A stretch of DNA of 37,964 nt, taken from NCBI GenBank assembly GCA_963675525.2, contig CAXXSL010000009.1:1-37964 (forward strand), read 5' to 3'. Within the stretch, counting starts at the first letter, position 1; each line of letters starts with the position of its first letter. The notes under the pieces are model-generated. The model saw only the letters and a program-made list of their open reading frames with translations, did no database searches and was not told where the DNA came from. The DNA comes from Anaerohalosphaeraceae bacterium. Its GTDB lineage: Bacteria > Planctomycetota > Phycisphaerae > Sedimentisphaerales > Anaerohalosphaeraceae. Made by a program: the position numbers and the translations under genes. Below are positions 20,435 through 29,611 of the stretch, one piece after another.

Positions 20435-22299
20435 TTAATGGATTTCCTGATACGTGTTATTCAGTTGTTTGAGAACGATAGGACTGTTAATCCCGCTGGG
20501 CAGCATCTGGTCTTCATCGGGTGTGATTTCGATGGTTCCAATATCTCCCAGTTCGGTGGTTTCAGAACCGCCGTCGTCCAGAGTTGCTCCGATATTGGTC
20601 ACGAAACCGCTGGAGTAATTGGTTGTGTCAAACATCGAGATAATCGTTCCGTTAATCTGTGCATTACCGCGGACATCAACGATACCGCCGACAATGGCGC
20701 CTTTGATGATGTTGTTATCGCTTTGTTCAGGATTGGTATTGCCCAGGTCCACATTAAAATGGGGCGCCAGAATGGTGGCCTCCTGAATACTGGAGGTATT
20801 ATTAAATGTAGCCGTGCCGGTGAAATAGAGTGCATTATATTGCCATTTAACCGTACTGGGCGTATCGGTTACGATCACACCGTTGAACGTGCAGTCTTCG
20901 AACCGAACATTATTGTAGTACGAACTGGTGCTTTTGTAACAATCAACGTACAGGACTTCTTCAAAGGTACAGTTTTTAAACAGTGCATTACGGTTATCGG
21001 GCAATCGGTTATTTGTGAAGGTCATGTTCTCATAGACATGCCGGGTTACCCCTCGGCTGCTGGAACTGGCGGGCTGGCTGCTGTAGTCGCCGGCGGCATG
21101 AGGAAAATATTCATAGACCGTCGTACTGGAAGCGGGGGATGTCACCGTTTCCCCCCTGACCCCTCGTGACCATATCTTTATACATATCGGTGTCATAGTC
21201 GTTGATATCCAGACCGGGAATATCGTCCTGAGTGGGCTGGCTATAATTGACGGTTTCGTACGCGCCCAGCAACTCATCGTCTTCGCCATAAACACGGTCA
21301 CCACAGCCGTCGAACGACTCAACGGGATTACCGTAGGTGACGGCACCCGATGGAGACGCCGTCAACAAATCCTTCAATAGGGTCACCGCAGCCATCCACG
21401 GCAATATTATATTCACCATTGACATTTTCGAAATCCAAATCCAGAATGTCGATAGGACAGCCGCCGCTGTCTGTAACAGGATTACCACAAACTGTCCAGG
21501 AGATTACCGTTACTGGCCATGTATTTGTTGTCGTCGAGAACGAGGTTTCCTCCGTTATATTCAAATTCCTGCATTTGGTAGCTTTCTTGCAGAATATCCT
21601 GCCAGGATAGAACGGTATTAACCGAGCCTTCGATTGTTGTTTCAGCAGTTGTATTAAAGGGTGGAGATGTCCGCACGATCCCATGCACTGTATATATCAC
21701 CGTGGATGGTTGTGTCGCCGGTTAGCCACATGCGTCCCCGTCCGGCAATCGCGTAATTTAATACTTCCGCATCTTTGGTGACCGAAATTTTCGATTCCCA
21801 CATTGCGTTCGATGGCTCCGTCCTGACCGGTGCATTGAACATAAATCTTTCTCTTGTTGTCATCATATCGATAAAAGCGTACCTGGAAGTTTGCCGCTGA
21901 ATTCGAACAGGGAACAGGCTGGCTGATGATCTGGTCTCCGCTTCCATTTGCGTCGCAGAAATCAGTGGCATCACAGACCGACAGTCCGCCCAGCTGCTGT
22001 GTCTGGAATTGACTGCAGAGATTGGACCAGACGATGTCGGCTTCATCATCGGAAACATAGTTATATCCGGTTTCAAATGTAGGAACCGTTGCGATGATAT
22101 ACCGGGCACATTCCAGCCCCGACTGTGCGGCATTCATCGCGCGGTTGCTTTCCTGGTGATTTTCCGAAGCCTGTACAGAGGTCACCGACATCGTGAACAT
22201 GGCAATGCTCAGTGTTGAGAAAATAGTGACAAAAATCAATGCCATAACCAGTGCGATTCCGTTTTGTTTTTTTCGATCAGTTTTCTTTTTGCGTAGCAT
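20435..22299 (-). CDS. PilX/GspK-like N-terminal prepilin protein with a large C-terminal beta-rich domain (about 620 aa; several frameshifts in this sequence)
   Basis: RKKQNG|IALVMALIFVTIFSTL...AMNAAQSGL is the PilX_N pattern (no Glu5). ORF pieces 21697..22299, 21654..22133, 21482..21700, 21328..21684, 21111..21488 and 20435..21346 tile into one protein. Confidence 0.78.
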
Positions 22300-22419
22300 T
22301 GTGCTACCCCCCGATTAAATATAGGCACTTAAGCATAACTCTAAGTAAAAGATACGATTCAATCAGGAAAAGGCCAAATGGGAAAACAGATTTATTATGG
22401 GTTGTTGTCCGATAAAAAA

Positions 22420-22451
22420 TCAGTCTTCAGTCTTCAGTCCTCAGTCTTCAG
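22420..22451 (+). repeat. Heptamer tandem array (TCAGTCY) x4.5, left arm
   Basis: tcagtct tcagtct tcagtcc tcagtct tcag, read directly from the sequence. Confidence 0.92.
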
Positions 22452-22516
22452 AACAGAGGGTTTGGGCTATTCAAAAAATAGTTGTGTGTTTTCGGGGATT
22501 GGATTATATTTCCGGG

Positions 22517-22878
22517 ATGAGAAATTATACGGAGCTTAAGGCATTTCAATTATCGGACGCACTTGTTTTGTTGGTTTACAGGGCTACTGAAAACTTCCCC
22601 AAACAGGAGATGTTCGGCTTAACCAATCAGTTGCGTCGTGCGGCTGTTTCGACGGTTTCTAATATCGTTGAGCGGTGCTTCAAGGCATTCGGAGGTTGAT
22701 TTTTCACGTTTTTCTGGATATAGCGTATGGCTCTGCATGTGAGGTTGAGTATCAGGTGTCTCTTGCTTTTAGGCTGGGGTATATCGAAGAATCTCAGTAT
22801 GGAATTTTGAAAGAGAAATGTTCTGAAGTAGCAAAGGTACTGAATGGCCTGATTCGTTCATTTCGCAAAAAAACCTGA
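22517..22878 (+). CDS. Four helix bundle protein (TIGR02436 / 23S_rRNA_IVP-like), two +1 indels
   Basis: MRNYTELKAFQLSD.LV..VYRATENFPKQEMFGLTNQLRRAAVSTVSNIVE(G)...FLDIAYGSACEVEYQ...GY...LNGLI. The span is 362 nt, equal to 120 codons plus 2 extra bases near 22672 and 22713. Confidence 0.9.
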
Positions 22879-22904
22879 GGACTGAGGTCTGGAGACTGAA
22901 GACT
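22875..22904 (-). repeat. Heptamer tandem array (RGACTGA)n, right arm, inverted relative to 22420-22451
   Basis: ctga ggactga ggtctgg agactga agact. Its reverse complement matches 22422-22451 at 27 of 30 positions. Confidence 0.9.
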
Positions 22905-23756
22905 ATTCCTCCGCATGGTAGGAACTTCGGGTGAAGGGGGAGCTTTGAACCCAGGAAAACCCCAGTTTTCGGGCCTGCTGGCCCCACCAGTCGAATTTTT
23001 CGGGCGTGATATAGTCTATAACGTCGAGAGAATTCTTTGCTCGGTTTTTAAATACTGACCGAGTGCGATGCGGTCACAACCGACCGCCCTTAAATCCTGC
23101 ATAACCTGCATAACCTGACCTTCTGTTTCACCTAATCCGAACATCAGCGATGATTTTGTCTGCGTTTTCGGCCAGGCGTCTTTGGCCTTTTTCAACAATG
23201 CCAGCGACCGCTCGTAAACGCCGCCGGGACGGGCCTTGGAATACAGCGAGGGAACGGTTTCGACATTATGCCCGAAAACGAACGGAAGCGCATCCGATAA
23301 AATCCCAATTGCCTCATCCTGGCAATCCCGAAAGTCCGGCACCAGCAGTTCAAACTCCAACCCCTCGACGGCCTTTCGGCTTTGCAGAATGACGTCCCGA
23401 AAATGGCCCGCGCCGCCGTCGGGCAGGTCGTCACGGTCCACGCTGGTAATGACCAGGTATTTGAGTCCCATTTCTTTAGCCATCTGGGCAACACGCTCCG
23501 GCTCCGTTGGGTCCGGCGGCAGGGGCTTGCCGTGACCGACCGAACAGAATTTGCAGTTGCGAGTGCAGATATTCCCGAGAATCAAAACTGTCGCCGTGCC
23601 CCGGCTCCAGCATTCACCGCGATTCGGGCAGTTAGCATTCGTGCAGATGGTCTCCAGCCCCAGCGACCCGAGTGTGTGATGCGTATGGTTAAATGTTTGC
23701 CCGGCTCCCAGCCTGCGTTTGAGCCAGTCCGGCAATCGTTTTTTAGAGTCACTCAC
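22903..23756 (-). CDS. lipA: Lipoyl synthase (frameshifts near 23030-23050)
   Basis: CTNANCPNRGEC (CX4CX5C), CTRNCKFC, TSVDRDDL, HNVETV, GQYL. The C-terminus ...SSPFTRSSYHAEE* lies in another frame, with its stop at 22903-22905. Confidence 0.93.
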
Positions 23757-24300
23757 TTTTTTTCGTCCAAACCATTAAACACAGTTCACTTAGTTTCTTT
23801 TTAGCCGTATCCATATCCGCTTTTTGCCCGGTTTCTTTCTGCACCGAGGTGATGACGACATTCTCCAGTCCGCAGGGCACAATGCACTCAAAGATGCTCA
23901 GATCGTTATTGATGTTGATCGCCATGCCGTGAAAGCTGACCCACTTTTAAGCTGTCACGCCAATCGAGGCGATCTTTTTTAGAGCTACCCACGCCGGTCA
24001 CTTTCGACGCCCAGTGCGTTTAATAATTCGATCTTGTTCCAGCGAACGCACATACGCATTCACATCCAGCCGCAGGCTTTTGAGCTTGATGATCGGGTTG
24101 CCCGGGGATTATGGGCTGTTGTCCCGCCGCCCCGGCCAAACCAACTCACAGAATCTCGTCTTAGTTGACTAATAATTTGTTTTCCGTTTTTTCGTGCGCC
24201 CCCAGTTTACCGCCGTATGCTCGACACGGTATTGTCGATTTTCGTCGTTCTGGCGCGCGCACAGTTCCGTCTGCAGCGACAACGCCTCAGAGTTTGCCCG
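23749..24300 (-). pseudogene. lipB: Octanoyltransferase LipB, heavily frameshifted here (probably sequencing error); 5' end approximate
   Basis: Hand-read fragments on the minus strand: GRGGGTTAHNPG, PIIKLKSLRLDVNAYVRSLEQ, KKIASIGV, VSFHGMAININNDLSIFECIVPCGL. Directly upstream of lipA. Confidence 0.82.
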
Positions 24301-24471
24301 CAATCGCGAATGGTTCGATGATTTCATTGCAGCCGACGGCAATTGACGACATTACTCCAGACAAAAGAGGTTTGATATGAGGATTATCCGCAGGGCACAA
24401 TACCGCCACTGTTTCATAGGGAAAACAGCTTGATTGAAATGCTCATTTCTGTGATTATAGAAAAGGGGGAC

Positions 24472-26877
24472 GTGATGAAAAAGCAGCAAGGTGTGTTTTT
24501 AACGGCAGTAATGCTGATAGTGATGTTTTTTTTTTGATGGCGATATTGATCGGAAACCTATCCTTATCTGATAGAAGATTTTGTGAAATCCAGAGTGCCA
24601 CTATTGGGTAACTGCACGCCAATCGACTTGATTGGATCTTGATCTTGATCCGGCTCTGACTGACAGACAAACTTACAGTATTGCAGTTATCGCCGGATTT
24701 GGATAGTACCAATCCAACGTATGTTCCCAGTTTATGCAGGTGTCCGATACCCATATGATCAGCAATCTTACCATCGACAGCGCAGGTGCGAATCATAATC
24801 GTGTTTGGGTTGTTTGGTAATGTCGCCGGTGCAACTTTCGACAGATCAGAAATGCGTTGGTATCGTCGGTTGCAGCATCATCAGCGGGGACGGTTGTTCC
24901 TATGTCGACGGCCTTTGCGGAATTAATCTCGACTCCAGTATAGCAACTGCTATGTAGAAGGGGTTATATTACGGATATAATCATTCGCAACTGCTATGCA
25001 ACCGGGACGTAACCGGTGGAGCTATACTGGCGGATTTTGCGGAAGAACAACCATTGGTATCGTTTGTTATTCGACCGGAACGGTAACCGGCGGGAGCTAT
25101 ACTGGCGGTTTATGCGGTGGAATTGCCACCGGCGGCGGCATGACTAACTGCTATTCAACCGGATCGGTTACTGGTACAAGCTATGTTGCCGGCCTGTGAA
25201 TCAATGAAAGCAGTGTTATCAATAATTGCTTCGGGTAACATAGATCACTTCAGGGACGTGCGGATGCAACCTGCATTCTTCTTATCCGGGATTAACAAAT
25301 CTCATCGGTGAAGACTCGTTGTCGGTTGGGATTTCGAATGAAACCGCCAACGGCACAAGCCGTTTGGCAGATGCCCGGCCGGTTATCCGATATTGCATTC
25401 TCAGCGGATACATCCCGGTCTCTCTTAGCGGTGACGGCACCGAAGCCAGTCCTGATCACAATGCCGTCGAACTCGGGAGCGATGTACTATTCTAATAGCC
25501 TGCATGTTTCCGGCTTGAAAACAATATCGACTTGACAGGGATACAATGGTCCACTGCCGCAATCGGATGTTTGATGGTAACGTCTTCGATAACAATTGAC
25601 GGAGGTATTGTTTCTCCGTCTGTTCGGCAAAATTAATTACCCCAATGGTCAAAGATCTCCGCGTGCTGAATGTTACCATAAGCCCCTTAGGAGATAATCT
25701 TGGAATCTCGGCGCTCCGGGATGAGTTTTGGGGGCACCATCACCAACTGCTATTCAAGCGGGATGACCGAGGTGCTGAAAACGATACCAAAGTTGCTTGC
25801 TAAATCAAAAATTGAGCAGTCTCGATTACCGGCGGAAAAGGTTCAAAAAATATTCGGCCTATTACTATGTGGATGGCAGTGTAACGAATGCTACGCGCTC
25901 GGAGATAGTCTCTCGGTGGTCTCCATCGGTGGCGCTTACTTCACCAATGACTGTTATGCAACGGGCAACGTGACCTCGCTGGGGTCCGACTATGGGTCAT
26001 CAGGTATCGGCGGCCTTTTTGGAGGCGCTGGCCCGATTACCGATTGCTATGCGACCGGTTCGTCAACGCCCCCGTCGATTAATTACGGAAGAGGAAATCG
26101 TATTGGCGGCCTGTGCGGAAACAACGGTGCGACGGTTATTCGACCGGGCCGGTAACCGGCGGCCAATATTATTGTGTGGCGAAAATGCTGTATCATCAAC
26201 AATTCCTATTCAACCAGTACGCTGACCGGGAAGCTATCAATCTTCCCGGTCTCTGTGGATTAACAGAAACAGCGGACTTTCAACAACTGCCGGCACAGTT
26301 AATTGGCCTACATATATCCGAAATGAAAGCGGCGGGCAATTGTTACGTTGTTGGCTCGCTTGTCGGTGAGGATGGCATTTCCTTTTCGGGCGGCATATGC
26401 GGAAAAAATGATCGTGGAACTTTCACCATTGTTATTCGCTCCGTGTACGTGCAGTATTCTTACTATCTTGCCGGTGTGTGTGGGATGGAATGTCAACGGA
26501 ACTTTTAGCTATTCCACCGGATTGATTTCCGGCGAGGCCGTGTCTGGGTTTCCGGTGTCTGTGCACGGTGTGGAACAATGATTGCTTCGTAGAGACTACC
26601 AGACACTCCAGCCAAGGTATAAGCTGACTTCATGCAGGCCCAAAGCCCGGTTGCGATTTTTCCAATCTGTGGTGGATCAATGAGGGACGTAATTATCTGG
26701 ATTGGCAGCCGGCTGATTTGGACAATTCAACCTGGGACTTTGTCAACAAGCTGGCTGACCAGTGACGGCGATGAACTACAACAGTGTGTGTGAACTGTCG
26801 GGTGACACACGACGATCAATGTGTCAGATTTGACCGTACTGGCTGAAAACTGGTTCGCCGGCCCGTTGTATAATTAG
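24472..26877 (+). pseudogene. Large secreted GLUG-motif protein with dockerin-like C-terminus, badly fragmented
   Basis: SD AAGGGGGA and a signal-like start near 24472. Repeated fragments CYSTGTVTGGSYTGGLCG, CYATGNVT, IGGLCGNN, GGICGKN occur in shifting frames. Ends INVSDLTVLAENWFAGPLYN* at 26877. Confidence 0.7.
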
Positions 26878-27046
26878 CAGCGGATAAGAAATCTTCAAAT
26901 TTCGGTGAAAGATGAATGATTCATCCCACCGATTTGCTCTGTCATCACAAACCACCAGGGCGACAGTCTGTCGCAAACTATGCCTTCCGCCGTTATCGGG
27001 AGGGCATGCCATCCGGCAAGCGCCACCTTTTCTGCCAAATCAAAAA

Positions 27047-27076
27047 TTGACAGTTCGACTCTCTTTTGGGTACAAT
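27047..27076 (+). promoter_or_regulatory. sigma70-type promoter for the YcjF-like gene
   Basis: TTGACA (27047-27052), 18 nt, TACAAT (27071-27076). Confidence 0.6.
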
Positions 27077-27102
27077 GCCATTTGGTCATTCCTGTTAAGG
27101 TA

Positions 27103-27128
27103 TGTCATTCCCGCGAAAGCGGGAATCC
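27103..27128 (+). repeat. TGTC-tagged REP-like palindrome
   Basis: TGTC-ATTCCCGC-GAAA-GCGGGAAT-CC. It shares the TGTCATTCC...GGAATC frame with the GIY-YIG-flanking repeats. Confidence 0.8.
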
Positions 27129-27155
27129 AGCGGCTTTTGACTTAGGAGCATTATT

Positions 27156-28308
27156 ATGTTAAAGACAATTTGGAAACTGATTCGTACCGCCGTCATCGTG
27201 GTTGGTGTACTGTTGTCAATTTTTTGCCGTGCTGGAGATGATTCGGGCCTACCAGACCCTGTATGCCTTCCACCCGGTTGCGGGATATATCTTCGCGGCT
27301 GTCGTCATTGGACTGTTGGTATGGCTGGTGGTGTATGTCTGGGGTAATCTGGCGGTATTCCCGAAGCCGTTGAATCCGCCGAAGATTGATGATTGCGCCG
27401 CGGCGTCCGACCGTCAGCTCAAAAAATACCTGCGATACCTCAAACGTTTTCTGCTGAGGCTGATCGCCAATCCAAACCTGTCCGATGATGACCACGCCCA
27501 AATCACCGAGGCCCTGTCCCAATTGGAAAACCAGACAACCTTTGACCGCCCGGCCTGCCTGTCGCTGATCGAGGCGATCGAAAACAATCACATCAAGCCC
27601 GCCCTAAAAAAGCTGGATGTGCTGGCATCTAAGCAGGTGCGGGATTCCATGCGGGATATCATGGTCGGCGTGACACTGAGCCCCTACAAATCGGCCGATC
27701 TGTTGATCGTGCTGTATCGCAATCTCGTGATGGTTGTGCGGATCGTTAAAGTCTACCGCGTCCGTCCGGCACTGAGCGAGCAGCTTCGCATCTTTTCCGA
27801 CATCATCAACGTCATCGCCACCGTCAACTATATCAACATGGGCAAAAATCTTATCGAGGGCATGGCCTCGCGCGTCCCCGGCATCGGACGGTTCATGGAC
27901 GACATTGCCCAGGGCATCGGGGCAGGCTTCATGACGACCATCACCGGCCATGCGGCGATGGACCGCTGCCGCAGTTTCCGCGGATGGAACGAGGCCGACG
28001 CCAAACGCCACCTGCTCAGCCACGTTGGCGACTTCTACAACGATGTCAAGGACATCTTCTTCAAGGACGTCTGGGGCGGCATCCGCGGCCGCGCGTCGGC
28101 AACGATTCCGGATGCGGGCGAAAAAATCGCCGACGCCATCGACGCAACCGGCTCACTGCTCGACAGTTTCGTCAAGGTCCCCATCAAAGCCGCCGGAACC
28201 GCCGGACAGGCCGTCGTCGATACCACGACGCAAGGCATCACCTTCGTCGGAAAAACAATCAAAAAAACCGGATCATTCCTCACCAAACCGTTTAAGAAAA
28301 AAGAATAG
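27156..28308 (+). CDS. YcjF/DUF697-family membrane protein (one frameshift near 27220)
   Basis: SD AGGAG before ATG 27156. ORFs 27156..27347 and 27202..28308 join at a T-run. Motifs SPYKSADLLIVLYRN...Y..RP and AQGIGAGFMTTITGHAAMDRCR match YcjF-like C-termini. Confidence 0.75.
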
Positions 28309-28318
28309 GAGCATAAAA

Positions 28319-28750
28319 ATGGAGATTGATTTTCAAACATTATTAGCCGTTTTTACTACCTTGGGATTTGGAGGTGTTTTCGGAGCCTATGTCCAGTCGA
28401 TTTTGAATAAGAGAAAAGAAATTGAATTGAGAAATCAAAATATAAAGGAAGAGAGATATAAGACCATATTAGTATGGTCACGAATCATGTTGAATCCAGA
28501 GTCATTAGAACACATTAAATTTGAAGACTCGTTTGTTATGAAAACTAAAATGGACATCAAAGATTATTCGAAACAGAAACTTTATGAGTATTATTATAAC
28601 TCATTGTTATATGCTCCTGATTTTGTACTCCTTCAATTGAAAAAATTTCTTAATGAACCGAACAAAAAGAACTTTTTTGGTATGGCAGGAGCTATGCGAA
28701 AAGACTTATGGGGAAAATCGAAATTGGATACAGATGAACTTATGATATAA
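28319..28750 (+). CDS. Hypothetical AT-rich protein with N-terminal TM helix (143 aa)
   Basis: SD AGGAG, ATG 28319, MEIDFQTLLAVFTTLGFGGVFGAYV. This is the 3' part of ORF 27950..28750. Confidence 0.75.
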   Translation: MEIDFQTLLAVFTTLGFGGVFGAYVQSILNKRKEIELRNQNIKEERYKTILVWSRIMLNPESLEHIKFEDSFVMKTKMDIKDYSKQKLYEYYYNSLLYAPDFVLLQLKKFLNEPNKKNFFGMAGAMRKDLWGKSKLDTDELMI

Positions 28751-28787
28751 GATACGATTGTATGATTAATTTGGCATTTACCCAGTG

Positions 28788-28815
28788 TGTCATTCCGAAC
28801 GGACGTGAGGAATCT
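28788..28815 (+). repeat. 28-bp REP-like inverted repeat, left arm
   Basis: TGTCATTCCGAACGGACGTGAGGAATCT, the exact reverse complement of 29185-29212. Confidence 0.95.
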
Positions 28816-28865
28816 GTTTAAACAGGAAAATTCCATAAAAATCGATTTTCGGATAAACTTAGAAA

Positions 28866-29186
28866 ATGAAAACGTATTACGTTTATATCATGGTCAGTGA
28901 AACAGGAACGCTTTATACAGGCATTACGTCAAATTTAAAGCGTCGGATTTTTGAGCATAAAATAAAAGCAATTCCCGGTTTTACCAGTCGGTATAATGTA
29001 AAAAAGCTGATTCATGTGGAAATATTTAAAACACCTGATGTAGCCATTAAACGAGAAAAACAAATAAAATCGTTCAGACGTGAGAAGAAAATAAAACTGA
29101 TTGACATGAAAAATCCTGCATGGGATGATCTATCTGCGAATTGGTATGCGGATTGTGAGGAGTCGCCTTCGGCGGCTAAAAAATAG
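28866..29186 (+). CDS. Stand-alone GIY-YIG nuclease family protein
   Basis: YYVYIM...TLYTGITSNLKRRIFEHK...AIKREKQIK...KLI...NPAWDDL. Confidence 0.92.
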   Translation: MKTYYVYIMVSETGTLYTGITSNLKRRIFEHKIKAIPGFTSRYNVKKLIHVEIFKTPDVAIKREKQIKSFRREKKIKLIDMKNPAWDDLSANWYADCEESPSAAKK

Positions 29187-29212
29187 ATTCCTCACGTCCG
29201 TTCGGAATGACA
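29185..29212 (-). repeat. 28-bp REP-like inverted repeat, right arm
   Basis: AGATTCCTCACGTCCGTTCGGAATGACA. It overlaps the GIY-YIG stop codon TAG (29184-29186). Confidence 0.95.
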
Positions 29213-29237
29213 ATCTTAACCACTAACGACCATTTTA

Positions 29238-29489
29238 ATGGAAAACGAACTAATGAACGACAATACAGAACACAATCTCGGCCCGCAGCCGATTGAGGGC
29301 ATACTCACAAAGCATAACCTGACGCATCATGATGTCGTTGCGGCCTCGACCGAGCAGATCACGCATAAAATGGTCGCCCGTGCCTGCAAAGGAAGAAAAC
29401 TGTCCCGCCGCGTACAGCTAAAAATCGTCCATGCGGTTAATACAGCCACAGAGCAGGAATACAAACTGAAGGATTTATTTACCTATTGA
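29238..29489 (+). CDS. Small hypothetical protein, possibly HTH-like
   Basis: 83-aa ORF (HNLGPQP...HNLTHHDVVAASTEQITHKMVARACKGRKL) with a helical, basic pattern. Confidence 0.7.
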   Translation: MENELMNDNTEHNLGPQPIEGILTKHNLTHHDVVAASTEQITHKMVARACKGRKLSRRVQLKIVHAVNTATEQEYKLKDLFTY

Positions 29490-29495
29490 AATTGG

Positions 29496-29581
29496 GTGGC
29501 ATCGCTTTTGACCGGAGGGCAAAGCGATGGGAGGCCATGCGAAACCACGCCTTGTCGACTTCGTCGCCGAAGGCATGCCAC
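29496..29581. repeat. REPIN-like composite palindrome between convergent genes
   Basis: Outer GTGGCAT (29496-29502) / ATGCCAC (29575-29581). Inner hairpins CATCGCTTT/AAAGCGATG and GCCTT...CGAC-TTC-GTCG...AAGGC. Confidence 0.6.
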
Positions 29582-29611
29582 ACAAATCGCAGGGTGGGCC
29601 ATGCGGCTCCT

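Noticed and set aside
22420..22904. Diversity-generating retroelement (Avd-like four-helix protein plus repeats)
   Set aside because: No reverse transcriptase, and I saw no TR/VR pair differing at adenines in the window.
22420..22904. 23S rRNA intervening sequence
   Set aside because: The flanks are protein-coding genes (PilX-like and lipA), with no rRNA sequence.
28788..29212. Classical IS element
   Set aside because: The enclosed ORF is a GIY-YIG nuclease, not a DDE, HUH or serine transposase, and no target-site duplication is visible.
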